A stretch of DNA of 64,000 nt from Octopus vulgaris (taxonomy: Eukaryota): the NCBI GenBank assembly GCA_951406725.2, contig OX597832.1, forward strand, positions 31,372,001 through 31,436,000, given 5' to 3'. The notes below the pieces were generated by a model that worked only from the letters and a program-made list of their open reading frames with translations, did no database searches and was not told the DNA's origin. The position numbers and the translations under genes were made by a program. Shown one piece after another: positions 1-13,185 of this stretch. Position 1 is the first letter of the stretch. Every line of letters begins with the position of its first letter.

Positions 1-269
1 GGTTTTAATTCTTTCCAAGTGATGGGAAACATCTGCGGTTGCAGGTCCGTCGAGGATAATTATGGGGTTGGGAGGAGAAAATGGGGACCAAAACAGGCAG
101 TAGAAAAAAAAAACAACAACAACATAGCGAAAAAAACCAAGACAAAGCCATACAAATCAGATATGACTGCCATCTTGGAATAGGGAAACCACGAAACAAA
201 AAGTATTAGGAATGGAGCATTGTATCAGAAATTTTGTGGTGGAATGACTCGCAGACACATACCAATACA

Positions 270-538
<269 letters not shown>

Positions 539-768
539 TAAGAGGAGGGGTATAATATCCAGGCAGATACCAAATTTCTCTGAGTAAAATGCTAAGGTCG
601 GTTCCTTCAGATGGTGCTCTTCTGGTAAACTTCCTTAAGTTCCCATCCGATGCTACAGTTTATTCCTTGACTACTTAGACTGTAAAGTACAGTATGGATA
701 ATAAGACGAATGAGGAATTTGAACCTTGAAACTTTATGTTTATTTCCAGTTCGTTTATTCGTAATAAT

Positions 769-843
769 TGTCCGACACGTGTTTCGAGCGCATTAACTAT
801 ATACAGCGATTTATGCTATATTTGTACGATCTCTTCAAGGCAT
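769..843 (-). ncRNA. degenerate type I hammerhead-like motif (Penelope-like element remnant)
   Basis: Minus strand reads tgcc-TTGAAGA-gatcg...cgctc-GAAA-CACGTG-TC-ggaca. Stem III is palindromic, core C3 is substituted and the stems are imperfect. Confidence 0.45.
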
Positions 844-1166
844 ATCAAATCCAATCCAATCAGCGATATAAGTATGGCGCTGTTCGAAGGGGAATTTCCC
901 GCCGCTTTTAGCTTGAATTAGGCATGGCATTAGTAATAAACCATTCTTTTCTCAACTGACTTTTTGGGTAAAATTCAGCAGCAGCGGCAGCAGCAGCAGC
1001 AGCAGTATCTGTTGAAGTTGGCAAATGTTCTTGGCTTGGTGGGGAATGGTTATTTATTGAATACTGATTGATTCTACATACTTTATAGCCACGTAGATAA
1101 TTACTAGGCAGTAAGAAACACGTGCTTATTAAAAAAGTAGTCAGTTGTATTTTAAATTCTTCTAAC

Positions 1167-1231
<65 letters not shown>

Positions 1232-1500
1232 GTTTTAATGTGTTTTTAGGTTATATCATCCACAATCTTATAAACTGAATTTTATTCTTATATTCATTAA
1301 AGGCGTCTGTTTTTATAGTAATTATAGTAATGTTGAGAAAAAACTGATTTAAATTATATTAATTAAATCATTCTTTTATTTAATTTTTTAAAAAAGAAAA
1401 CGTTGTTCGTGTAAGCATTTAAAACTTATTTCTTGTCTAGAATTCAGTTTATAAGATTATATATAATATATAATGTATATAATTTATAAGATTATATCTC

Positions 1501-1707
1501 TTTTACTCTTTTACTTGTTTCAGTCATTTGACTGCGGCCATGCTGCAGCACCGCCTTTAATCGAGCAACTCGACCCCGGGACTTATTCTTTTGTAAGCCC
1601 AGTATTTATTCTATCGGTCTCTTTTGCCGAACCGCTAAGTAACGGGGACATAAACACACCAGCATCGGTTGTCAAGCAATGCTAGGGGGACAAACACAGA
1701 CACACAA

Positions 1708-1746
<39 letters not shown>

Positions 1747-1910
1747 TACGACGGGCCTCTTTCAGTTTCCGTCTACCAAATCCACTCACAAGGCTTTGGT
1801 CGGTCCGGGCCTATAATAGAAGACTCTTACACCAAGGTGCCACGCAGTGGGACTGAACCCGGAACCATGTGGTTGGTAAACAAGCTACTTACCACACAGC
1901 CACTCCTGCG
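1501..1910 (-). mobile_element. tRNA-derived SINE, family A, full length
   Basis: Minus strand has A box (tggctgtgtggt), B box (ggttcagtccc), body gcaccttgg...gtgagtggatttggtagacggaaactgaaaga, an internal (AT/GT)n and an aagtaaaagag tail; many homologous copies lie in the window. Confidence 0.9.
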
Positions 1911-2047
1911 TTTTGATTTCAAATCCCGTCGAGATCGACCTTGGCTTTTATCTTTTCGGGGTCGATAAAATGAAGCTTCCAGCTTATCACTGGGGTTGAT
2001 ATAACCGACTTACCCACCTCCCTCTGAAATTGTTGGCCCTGTGCCTT
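1911..2047 (+). mobile_element. Meta/MESC-domain SINE, 5'-truncated
   Basis: ttcaaatcccgtcgagatcgaccttggcttttatcttttcggggtcgataaaatgaag is homologous to 13007-13185 and resembles the Meta-SINE central domain. Confidence 0.65.
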
Positions 2048-2600
2048 ATATATATACAGTTTAGAACTGTTAAAATAGCGTTAGAAACATCAAAATATAC
2101 AATCGGAAGTAAAAGAGTAAAAAATGAAACGATGTTAAACAAAGGCTTATAACACTTTTGTCAAGAAAAAACAGAATCACGTTATTGTTGTTGTTGTAGT
2201 TGTCGTTGAAGAGCTGATAAACGAGGGCGAAATGTTGCAGTTCTTCGCCATCTCCCTTTCTTCTTTTATCTTCTTTTCTTTTGATAAACGATTTTAAACT
2301 TCGAAATATTGAAATGTGAAAGTGAAACTGTTGGTTTTCTTTTGTGTTTTTGTGTGTTGTTTTCTCCTTTTGTTTCACTTTCTTACATTGCACTGGCTTG
2401 TTGAAACAGTTCTAACAAATTTAACACAATCTGATAATGCTTTATTTAATACACACACACACATACATACATACATACATACATACATACATACATACAT
2501 ACATACATACATACATACATACGTAAGCATAAGTATATATCCATAGATACATGTATATATATATAAATATGTATATGTTTATGTATGATTATATATGTGT

Positions 2601-2699
<99 letters not shown>

Positions 2700-3470
2700 A
2701 TATATATAACAGAGTATGTGTGTGTGTGTGTTCCTTATGGATTGGAAATCTGAGTTGCCGATCTTGACGTATGAGGTATCGAAAGATTCAGTAATCTTTC
2801 GGCTACCAAATAAAGTATATCTTTTGCACAACAACACCTTTTTACTACAAAAATAACCTCGAAAATGAGGTCATGTCGCACAATTTTGAAGTCTTTAGCT
2901 AAGGGAGTCAACTCTGCCTGAATAACTATGTATTTGAGCATAATGAGAAAATATTTTTTAAAAATGGTGTGTTACCAGGGTATGAAACTTCGAAGATTTA
3001 CCGCCAACTTTATTAGTATTATTATTTAGTAGATAATGTTTTAATGTGAAATATGTTTGTCTGTTTTCTTTATCCCAGAGTTACCTTAAAATGTAGCAGA
3101 CCCGTTTTAAGAAAGTTACCAGAGACACCCGTTTTAAGAAAGTTACCACAGACATACCTGTGTGTGTGTATGTGGTGTGTGTGTGTGTGTGCGCGCATTG
3201 CTTTGGTCAAAAAATACATTTTCTTAGAATATTTTGTACAGTAATTTTTAAAGAAATCTGGATATCTTTCTTCCTGCTAACTATTCAACTTCAAATTACA
3301 ATTGTTCCTTGCTGGAAGTCAAGTAGACTGAGATGTAGATATAGTTTTGTCGTATACAGTCGAAGTTCAGTACGAAGTTTTGAACTCATTATCTTGGCGT
3401 TAGTAAACCACGACCATAAACTTGAAGCCATTAAGTCTTTAAACATTGTTTTACTGGGTTTATATATATA

Positions 3471-3868
3471 TTCTTTACTCTTTTACTTGTTTCAGTCATT
3501 TGACTGCGGCCATGCTAGAGCACCGCCTTTAGTCGAGCAAATCGACCCCGGGACTTATTCTTTGTAAGCCCAGTACTTATTCTATCGGTCTTTTTTGCCG
3601 AACCGCTAAGTGACGGGGACGTAAACACACCAGCATCGGTTGTCAAACAATGCTAGGGGGACAAACACACACACACAATCACACACGCATACACATATAT
3701 ATATACATATATACGACAGGCTTCTTTCAGTTTCCGTCTACCAAATCCACTCACAAGGCTTTGGTCGGTCCGGGCCTATAATAGAAGACTCTTACACCAA
3801 GGTGCCACGCAGTGGGACTGAACCCAGAACCATGTGGTTGGTTAGCAAGCTACTTACCACACAGCCAC
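3471..3868 (-). mobile_element. tRNA-derived SINE, family A
   Basis: Highly similar along its length to 1501-1910. Confidence 0.9.
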
Positions 3869-3923
<55 letters not shown>

Positions 3924-4052
3924 TTTGTGTGTGTGTGAATACACACATATTTATACACTCACGCATACATACGCATACAGATACATATATTAGACGTTGG
4001 CAAATTGTATATATCAAGTACTCTGATATAATCCACCACCACCACCACCACT

Positions 4053-4112
<60 letters not shown>

Positions 4113-5169
4113 ATGTTCATGCTGCTGCTGCAATCTATACGCATATATAAATTTCTACATTTACCTTTATGTATTTGCAAGTGCACACGGCCATGAATAC
4201 ATACATGCATGTGCGCATGCGTATATATGCACATACGCACACATACACACACATATATATGTGTGTACGTGTTTATATATATATGCGTATGCTGTTCAAT
4301 TATATATTATAATACACATAATCGCAGACACGTCGGCCTTGTATGTTCATACACTACGCGTACACAGACATACACAGTACACACATACACATACACACAA
4401 AGGTACACACCTACACTCAGATATACGCATGCGCATTTTCACCCGTATATGCCCTCCACAACGATACATACCACAGGAAAAACACCTGCTGAGTACTTGA
4501 AATCCCTCAAAGCAAAATAATAAAACCAAAAGAAAGGAGAAAAAATGAACCACAAAATTCATCACCATTTTGTAATTAAGGATTCTTGTTCTTATGTAAT
4601 TAACAGGTCACGTGATATCACTTAGAGGGTGTGGCAATTTGATGAGAATGTTCTTTCTGGGTTTTCGTTTTTTTAATCATTTTTCTTTTCCTTTTCCTTT
4701 ATCCCTTTTCCCTCCTGTGCGTTTTGTTTTTGTCAGCTTCTTTCGTTTCCCTTCAACATTAAGTGAAGATTTGTGAGCAAATTTTAGTTTTTATTATGAT
4801 GAGCCTTCATTTTGGATATATTTTTTTCTGTAATTAGAAGGAAGAAAGGCCCTTATTTCAAGCTTGATTGCTCCCAACCGCTAAAAGAATTAAACATTTG
4901 TCACCTTCCAAGAAAGGGAAGAATTCCTGTCACTTCATGATAGGAAACGGGAAAAGAACAGGAAAAAAAGAATTGCTGAAAAAAAAACCCCAGAAAAAAA
5001 CAAAAAATAAAAATAAACATACCACGTCTTCATCCTCTTTAGTTTAAAAAGAATTCGAAAAGAAGATTAAATTTTCCATTAACCATTAATCATTAACCAA
5101 CCTTTTATTCATACCTACCTACATACGTACCTACATACATATCTGCATTTACACTCATACATACACCCA

Positions 5170-5240
<71 letters not shown>

Positions 5241-5612
5241 CATACATATGTATATATACACATATATATATATTCAAATATATATCTGAGCTTCATTCAT
5301 CTCGATGAAGAATTGGTCAGTAGCTATAAAGAAGGGAATAAAAAACAAGCTTCTGCTGAAGCTGAGAGTCTGGCAGAAGAAAGAGTCTCTGGGTTGGAGA
5401 GATAAGAACATAACTAACTCCCGATGACAAGAAACACATCATTATTTTTCTTATCAAAGAAGTTCGCCATAACAAGCACAAGAAGAACTGAAGAAATATT
5501 GCCAAAGTATTGCATTATATATATATATATGTATGTGTGTGTATGTATATATGCATTTATATATGTATACATATGTGTGAGTGTATATATATATGTATGT
5601 GTGTGAACAATC

Positions 5613-5643
<31 letters not shown>

Positions 5644-5694
5644 CACATAGACGTTGTATTTATGTGTGTGTGTATATATACGTACAGGGACACC

Positions 5695-5911
5695 CAAGGA
5701 GATACTGCAAAGTTCCTGGTTTTAAGGGCGTCGCGAAAGGCCTGGTCTGGGGGCCCAATCTTCTGAGTTCTTTGACAGGACTTAGAAAAACTGAAGGATT
5801 GCTGTAATGAATGTGGGAAGCTGAGGAGGGAATATTTTGAATGAAATCATTATTAACTGATCCTTCTGTATTTTCTTTTACCCAAAGGCAGGACTTTTTC
5901 AGCACACCTTC
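5695..5911. mobile_element. degenerate mariner-type MITE
   Basis: Imperfect terminal inverted repeats: left gagatactgcaaagttcctggttttaagg; right (reverse complement) gaaggtgtgctgaaaaagtcctgcctttggg; no coding capacity. Confidence 0.5.
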
Positions 5912-5920
5912 ATGATACAC

Positions 5921-6006
<86 letters not shown>

Positions 6007-6539
6007 CGTGAGTGAGGGAAGGAAAATGTGCTGTTACTTGTTCCATCCAGATACTGTGGTCATGCTGGAGCCCTGCTATTGTTGTGGTTATTAGTTCATT
6101 TTATTTCCACACCCCTCTTCCCACCCCATGTCAGGGTTTTGGCAAAAATTGGAGATGGACAACGCCCTGATATATCTCAGAAAAAGGTGTCAAAGTGTTT
6201 TTCTTTATACATCCATTTCTATATGGTCAATATGTAAGATTGTTTTGGCAAGGAATTGAAAAGCCGTGGGCTATGGAACTCTAAACGGTTATAGCCCTGG
6301 GTTTTTACTCCTGACGGAGAATATGGGATGTTTGGTTCGATGCAGTAGCCTCCTGTTCGAGGGATGGTTCAAATTTTACAAGGAAAAGTTGATGTGATTT
6401 CGAAGTTACGGTTTACTCAAGTCATCAGCCAGTCTGTAAATGGCTGGTTAGCCTAAACTTCGATGTTACAAAGAAAAAGATTTGAAAGAAGAGAGTATGG
6501 GGAAATACTCGCAGGCACAAAGGAAACAGCGGGCCAAGT

Positions 6540-6775
6540 GTGGTGGGGTGACGGAGCGAGCCTCTGCACATTTGCTCAAGCTGCTAATAATAGTAGGTAA
6601 TACTTCCTCAAAACATACCCTACCATCTGAAAAACGGAAACACACGCTGGATAAGGTAATCCAAGGTGCACTTTGACGGGACGGTCAAGTAATGGACAGG
6701 AAACGACATTAATTATAGGTCAGCGCGTTTAAACAAACCTGGGAGTAAAACAACAACAACAACAAGCAACAAGCG
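6540..6775 (+). mobile_element. old retroposon (family D) ending in a (CAA)n tail
   Basis: Shares motifs with the minus-strand copies at 8440-8850, 41445-41590 and 43370-43745. Confidence 0.45.
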
Positions 6776-6974
6776 ATGATAACAACAACAACTAAACTAC
6801 GCGCGAATCAAGTTGACGGCTTCTATGTGGTCATTAGATCTGCCAGAAATAACAGTCAAACGTCTCTCAAGTTTTAGGACAGAGTTGGGTGTGTTTGCTA
6901 TTGTCTCGTTCTTGCTGTTTGAGCGCGTTTCTTGGTTCCTGTCCACCATTTTGTGTAGCGCTCCAAACCTTTTT

Positions 6975-7345
6975 TGTCTTTCATTTGTTTCAGTAATTCG
7001 CGTGCGGCCATGCTGGGGCACCACCTTCAAGGATTTGGTCGAATAAATCGATCCCAGTACTTATTTTTTAAAATGCGGTTCTTAGTTTATCGATCCCAAT
7101 TTTTGCTGGACCGCTAAGTTAAGGAGACGTAGACAAACTACCACTGACGTCAAGTGTCGTAGGGTGACAAACGCACACATAAAGACACTAACACGCACAC
7201 ATATATGATGGGATTCCATACAGTTTTCTTCCACTAGATTCACTCACAAGGGATCGGTCGCCCTGGGGATATAGTAGAAGACATTTGCCCAAAGTGCTAC
7301 GCAGTGGGACAGAACCTAAAACCTTGTGGTTGTAAAGCCAGCTTA
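6975..7345 (-). mobile_element. tRNA-derived SINE, family A, degenerate
   Basis: Contains gcggccatgctggggcaccacc, gaccgctaagtt, cactcacaagg, gaagacatttgcccaaag and gcagtgggacagaacc. Confidence 0.85.
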
Positions 7346-8098
7346 GGTCTGCTAGAAATGGCGCAGATATATTGTACCAACGTCAGCATTCTTCCTAAAG
7401 TTCCAACTGGAACTTCAAGACTCTTTTAAAGAATCAGATCCAATTTATTCAGCAGCTTAACCAACTGATCTTGATGGAGTTAACTCATATTATTTAAACT
7501 TATAAATATTCCCTAGAGGGAGTTTCTCTTGATTAATAGCTTGGATAATCTCAACTGATCAATGTTTTCTTCGAGTTACTATATTACATATATTAGATCT
7601 TATGTTATTTGTATTTAGTATGAAGAAAGGACCCTGGGGGAAGATTCTTTCTGTCATATTGTAGTTTCTTTTAGAGATAAAACGCAAAAGAAAAGAATTT
7701 TTTACAGAAAAAAAAAAGGCGAAGAAGAAAATATTTATTTTTTAAAAGTGAAAATTATTTATTTGTAAGCAAAGAGCTAAAGATAGAGAAATGGCGAAGT
7801 CACACTGACAATTCCCGGGCCTTTTGCTGCTGGTGAGGATAAAGTTTTACAGATGTTGATCATAAAGGTTTGTTGCTTTTCCCTCGTGTTTAAATGCTTC
7901 GGTGATAATTTTTGTCCCAAACCTAAGATAAGATTCGAAACGAAAACATACGATGACGACGACGACGACGACGACGATGATGATGACAAATACAACAGCA
8001 ATAACAAGAACAACGACAACAAAACAACAATGGTAATATCAACAAGAAGATTGACAAGAAAAACGACACCACCACCACCACCACCGCAACAACAACAA

Positions 8099-8136
<38 letters not shown>

Positions 8137-8439
8137 GCATCAACTGCACTAACAACAGTAACAGGTGTTGCATATTTGGGTCATTGTTGTTGTTCTTTTT
8201 GTTGTTGTTGTTGTTGTTGTTGTTGTCCTGTTGATTTATGTAAATAATGGTTTTGTGAAACTAAAATGGCGTCAAGATAAAAAAGAGAAAGGCAACAGAT
8301 GTGTGTAATAAAGACGTTGTAGATGAGCAGATTACAAGAAGGGGGGTGCATGAGGGGAGAGAAGGGGGCCCCCAGGGGACTGAAGACATTAATCACCCAA
8401 CACAAGGGTCCATTTAAATTTGGCATTGTATCGTTCCCG

Positions 8440-8850
8440 TTGTTGTTGTTGCTGTCGTCGTTTCGTCCGAATGGTAACTCTGTGACTGAGCAAATCTATA
8501 ATGATCAAAGACCTTCCAGTCGTGACAATTCCGTCTTTTGTACTCGATACAGAGAACCGAGAATGCATTATCCAAAAGGGTTCTTTTTAAAGATGCAAAG
8601 GTTGCGTGATATGGAAGGGATTTAGCTTCTATTTCTAGCAGGTCAAAGCGACCACGTAGAAGCCTCCACCTTCGCTTGCAATAGTAATAGTAGTAGTAGT
8701 AGTAGTTGTTGTTGCTGTTGCTGTCGTTGTCTTGAAACTTAGTCAGTCCTGACCAAACACACATGATCAAAGACAAGCCGGTAGTGACCACCTCATCTCC
8801 TTCCTACGTACTAAGAACCCGGTACTGCGTTATCCAAAGCATCCATATTA
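8440..8850 (-). mobile_element. two tandem degenerate family D retroposon copies
   Basis: The unit (GTT)n...atgatcaaagac...ttatccaaa occurs twice; the first copy has gatttagcttctatttctagcaggtcaaagcgaccacgtagaagcctcc. Confidence 0.5.
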
Positions 8851-8984
8851 AAAAGAAAAAGAAAAGAAATATAAAAAAGGAAAAGAAATAAAAAAAATTA
8901 AGGAGTATTTGGCGTCTATTTCTTGAAGGTCAAGCTGCCACATGCAGTCTCCCTCGAAGTAATAGTAACAGCAGCCGCAGTAAC

Positions 8985-9021
<37 letters not shown>

Positions 9022-9450
9022 ATCATCGTCGTAGTTGCAGCAGTTGTCGACGTCGTCGTCATTGTGGTAGTAGTATTAATGATGGTGGTGGTAGTAGTAG
9101 TAGCAGCAGCAGCAGTGAGTAAGAGCCGGCGGTATCACATATCACACAAATTGATAACTGTAATGTTGGATCAGATATCTCTTATCGACATTGAACGAAT
9201 ATCGTGACGTCACAGAGGTTCGATAGGCGGGTGACGAATGTCTTTGTTTACTTCTCTTTATTTCCCCATGCATTGAGGGGGAGAAGGAGGAGGAGGAGGA
9301 GGAGAAGGGGCGGACGAATCGATATTTTTCTTTGCTATCAGGTATCCAGTGATATCATTCGGTCGATGTAATAATACCAAGATAAGACGTGTATTTTTGA
9401 TGAAATCAGTGTATTGTATAACATAGGAATGATAGAGGAATAGGACAAAT

Positions 9451-9496
<46 letters not shown>

Positions 9497-9816
9497 AAAG
9501 GGAGAGAGAGTTTAGAAAATGGAGTGTAAGTCAGGAGGTGAAACTGAAAAAAATATTAAAAAGAAAGTAATCAAAGAGGCAAAAACAAAGCGCAATGAAA
9601 GAAGTAATTTTGGATGTAATCAGGTTATGGTAAGGTTCATTGAACGATTGGTGAGACACGCATTCGAGAATGTGCGTTTATGAACGCATGCCATGGATCG
9701 GTTACACGTTTCAGCCATTAAGACTGCTGCAAGGCTGGAACACCGCCTCGAAGAGTTTAGACGAAAATATATCGACCACACTCCGAATTATGTCTTTGAA
9801 GTCTGGTACTTATTCT

Positions 9817-9892
9817 AAGAATGCGGGCTTCTAATTCCAAGATCCCGAGTTCGATTCCAAGCACTGACCTGAATAATAAAAATAATAATAAC

Positions 9893-9936
<44 letters not shown>

Positions 9937-10097
9937 CAACAACAATATTCAGAAATACCTTAGGAATGAGAACCCAGGTTCGAAATTTCCCCAAGACACC
10001 TGATGAAGGCTGGAGGGTATATCAGCCTAAACGTTGCGTTAACAACAAACAAGATGAGGACAAATAAACGTCGAAAGTAAATAATGTAAATAATGTA
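9817..10097 (+). mobile_element. tRNA-headed retroposon with hammerhead-like motif, inserted with a 13-bp TSD
   Basis: B box gagttcgattcc, internal (AAT)n, CTGATGA...stem II...TAAACGTT and a tandem tgtaaataa-like tail; the identical flanking direct repeat tggtacttattct sits at 9804-9816 and 10098-10110. Confidence 0.85.
9995..10040 (+). ncRNA. minimal type I hammerhead ribozyme motif (G12 mutated in this copy)
   Basis: gacac-CTGATGA-a-GGCTG-gagggtatat-CAGCC-TAAA-C-GTT-gcgtt. The sister copy at 22536 has GAAA, and the copy near 22130 has gtgtt, which pairs with gacac. Confidence 0.6.
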
Positions 10098-10784
10098 TGG
10101 TACTTATTCTGTTGTTAAGTTATGGGGACGTAAACAAACCAACACTGGTTGTCAAGCGGTGAGTGGAATAAACTAAAGACAAACACACACACATACGCGA
10201 CACGTGTGTACACACATGCACACACATGCACGCACGCACGCACGCACACACACTGACTGGCACAGACACGCATATAGTCACGTACACGCGCACGCACTCA
10301 TACACATATGCACATACACACACGCACGCACATGCACATACATACATACACATACGACGGGATTTCACACAGTTTCCGCCCACGGAGTTCACTCACAAGG
10401 TATTTGTCGGCTCTGGAGCTAGAGTAGAAGACACTTGCTCATGATGCCATGCAGTAGGACTGAACCCAGAACCATGTGGTTTCCGAAACGAGCTCCTTAA
10501 CCACACAGCCATATAAATTATTTTTTGTTTGTGTGTATGTATAATATGTGTGTGTACGTATGTCACTGGTTTATAATTTCAGTGTGTGTGTGTGTATAAA
10601 TGTGTGTGTGTACGTACGTCATTGGTTTATATCTTCAGTGTGTGTATGTGTATGTGTGTGAGTGAATGTGTGTGTGCGTGTGTGCGCGTGCGTGTGTTTT
10701 ATTAATTGGCAACGCCACCTATTGGCAAGGTTTTTAATAGCAGTTTGGAAGTGAAGCAGAAGCGATTTTGATGGGATGATCGTA

Positions 10785-10890
10785 ATAGACATTATCGATT
10801 CTCGGACTTGATTGACTTTTATTTCATCGATCTTGAAAGAATGGAAAGGCAAAGTTGAAGAAATAGACGGGATTTGAACTCAGAACGAAA
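10785..10890 (-). mobile_element. Meta/MESC-domain SINE fragment
   Basis: Reverse complement reads cgttctgagttcaaatcccgtc...ctttgcctttccattctttcaagatcgatgaaataaaag. Confidence 0.6.
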
Positions 10891-10914
10891 CACAATGCCT
10901 GGGCGTTACTATCT

Positions 10915-11150
10915 CAAGATTATAGGACCAAAAGGGACGGTTAGCCGGCTTTTATGGCGTATAATTGACAGAGATGACAACAAATGCCCCTGGATGAGAC
11001 GCTAGGCTTTTCGTAGAGTTACTCACAGCTGAGTGAAATGGACCATGAAGTGTTTTATTCAAGAACATAACGCATATCCTGGTCTACGAATCGAAACCAC
11101 CACCTTGCGATCGTTAGTGCAACATCCTAACCACTAGGCAACTCGCCTCC
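10915..11150 (-). mobile_element. tRNA-derived CORE-type SINE, degenerate
   Basis: Reverse complement has tagtggttaggatgttgcactaacgatcgcaaggtggtggtttcgattc...gttatgttcttgaataaaacacttcat...cactcagctgtgagt. Confidence 0.65.
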
Positions 11151-11229
11151 ACTGTAAAGAGCCGTTGCAAGTCCTGTGAGCAATTCTGTCTCGTCTGCTA
11201 CTCCAGTGAAGTTCCTACAACTGTTCGCC

Positions 11230-11655
11230 AATTCTGGTGTAAAAGTCGGCTTCACGGGTTTTGAGTTGTCGTAGACATGGAAGTCATTGGTAAGAACTCC
11301 TGTTCTACTTCTAACTTATACACGTATTTAGCTGGAGTTTTTGGTAGTTTTTTTGAAGGTATCGGCACTTGAAGCATGCTGGAGACAGATCGCTTTCACA
11401 CGATCTCCTTCGATATAATTATATACATATGTACTTTATTATTAATTTAATGTCTTAATTGCCTATAAATTTTTATAGCATGCGGACTACGTGATAAAAA
11501 TCATTAACGTGATTTTTACCCTTAACATATTAAGCAACATTAATAATAAATAAAAAAAAAACATAAAAATAAACAAGCTTTTGATGGTTTTATAGATATT
11601 TCAAAATTATGATTCTATGATGCTAGGTGTTGACATTATTTTGTCTAACCCCTGT
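11230..11655 (-). mobile_element. Tc1-like DNA transposon end remnant
   Basis: Terminus reads (minus) ta-caggggttagacaaaataatgtcaacacc, a Tc1-like TIR next to (TA)n; the internal extent is uncertain. Confidence 0.45.
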
Positions 11656-11664
11656 ATACATATA

Positions 11665-11749
<85 letters not shown>

Positions 11750-11881
11750 TTATTATTTATATAATTTTACACATACATATATATTAAACCTTCTTACTTT
11801 CTTTCACTGAGCGTCTGCTAATATTTTATATGTACCACGTCTTCACGTTGTTTTTTTGTGTTTGTTATTCTTTTTAGGATT

Positions 11882-11913
<32 letters not shown>

Positions 11914-12235
11914 TGCATAAAGGATCGTGGGTAAGGCCAGAACAAGAAAACAATTATATGAATTAATGTAGATTTACTTTGCATTTAATATTTCAGGGTT
12001 ATGATCCCATCTTCTAGAAATTAACGAAGGTCGCAGATGTGAGTGTGTGTGATTTGCCTTGCTTATACTTCGCTTTGTTTTGGTCTTGCCCACGGCCCTT
12101 TATACAATATATTCTACGCAATGCTTTTCCATTATATATATATATATATATATAATATAATATATTTATACTATAAAATTGGATTTAATCCTAAATCTAA
12201 TTTTTCCCTGTAAGTTTGGATTTATTCCTAATATT

Positions 12236-12356
<121 letters not shown>

Positions 12357-12418
12357 CATACATGCATACATATATATATATATATTAATGTATGTATGTT
12401 TGTGTATATATATATATG

Positions 12419-12490
<72 letters not shown>

Positions 12491-12640
12491 TGGTAGGATG
12501 ACTTAGATTGAAGAGTACTCAAGATCTATTTTGTCAATGATTTACACTTTACTGTTTGTTTGTTTTGTGACATTGCCTTGAAGCATGAATCCGAGCAGAT
12601 CAAACAATGCTAATCCAATTAGCAAGAGAACACACACACA

Positions 12641-12695
<55 letters not shown>

Positions 12696-13006
12696 GCAGA
12701 GAGAGGCTCCCCACCACTCATACACACACACACACACACATGCACAAACACTCAAACAAATAGAATTATAGTTAGTCGTCTGTAACCAGCGCTGGCGGAC
12801 ATTGACAGTCTTGTTGCTGAAGAATTATACGATTCTGCAACCCATTTTCTTGGAATAAAACTCACAACAAAAACAAGAGACATTACAAAGCCACTGATAA
12901 AATCTCTCCTCTCATTTGTTGTCGCAAATAACGAACGGATGATATCTCTCTTCTCATTAGTTAGCGCAAGTCACGTTAGAATCTCTTATTATCATCAGTG
13001 AATATA

Positions 13007-13185
13007 GCGGTGAGATGGTAGAAGCGTTACTGCGCCGGGCAGTTTTAAATGCATTTCGCCTGTCTGTACATTCTGAGTTCAAATTCCGCAGAGGTCGACT
13101 TTGCCTTTCATCCTTTTGTGGTCGATTAACGTAAGTACCAGTTGCACACTGGTATATCGATCCAACCCTTATCTCTGCCAAGTTC
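13007..13185 (+). mobile_element. tRNA-derived Meta/MESC-domain SINE
   Basis: Head gcggtgagatggtagaagcgtta, B box gagttcaaattcc, central gaggtcgactttgcctttcatccttttgtggtcgattaacgtaagtacc. Confidence 0.75.

Larger units (their letters stand above)
9706..10512 (-). mobile_element. family A SINE split by a nested insertion at 9817-10097
   Basis: The tail part (9706-9816) and the body/head part (10098-10512) are colinear with the other family A copies and are separated by the insert. Confidence 0.85.

Noticed and set aside
3097-3150. 27-bp tandem duplication acccgttttaagaaagttacc
   Set aside because: Simple local slippage duplication with no further significance evident.
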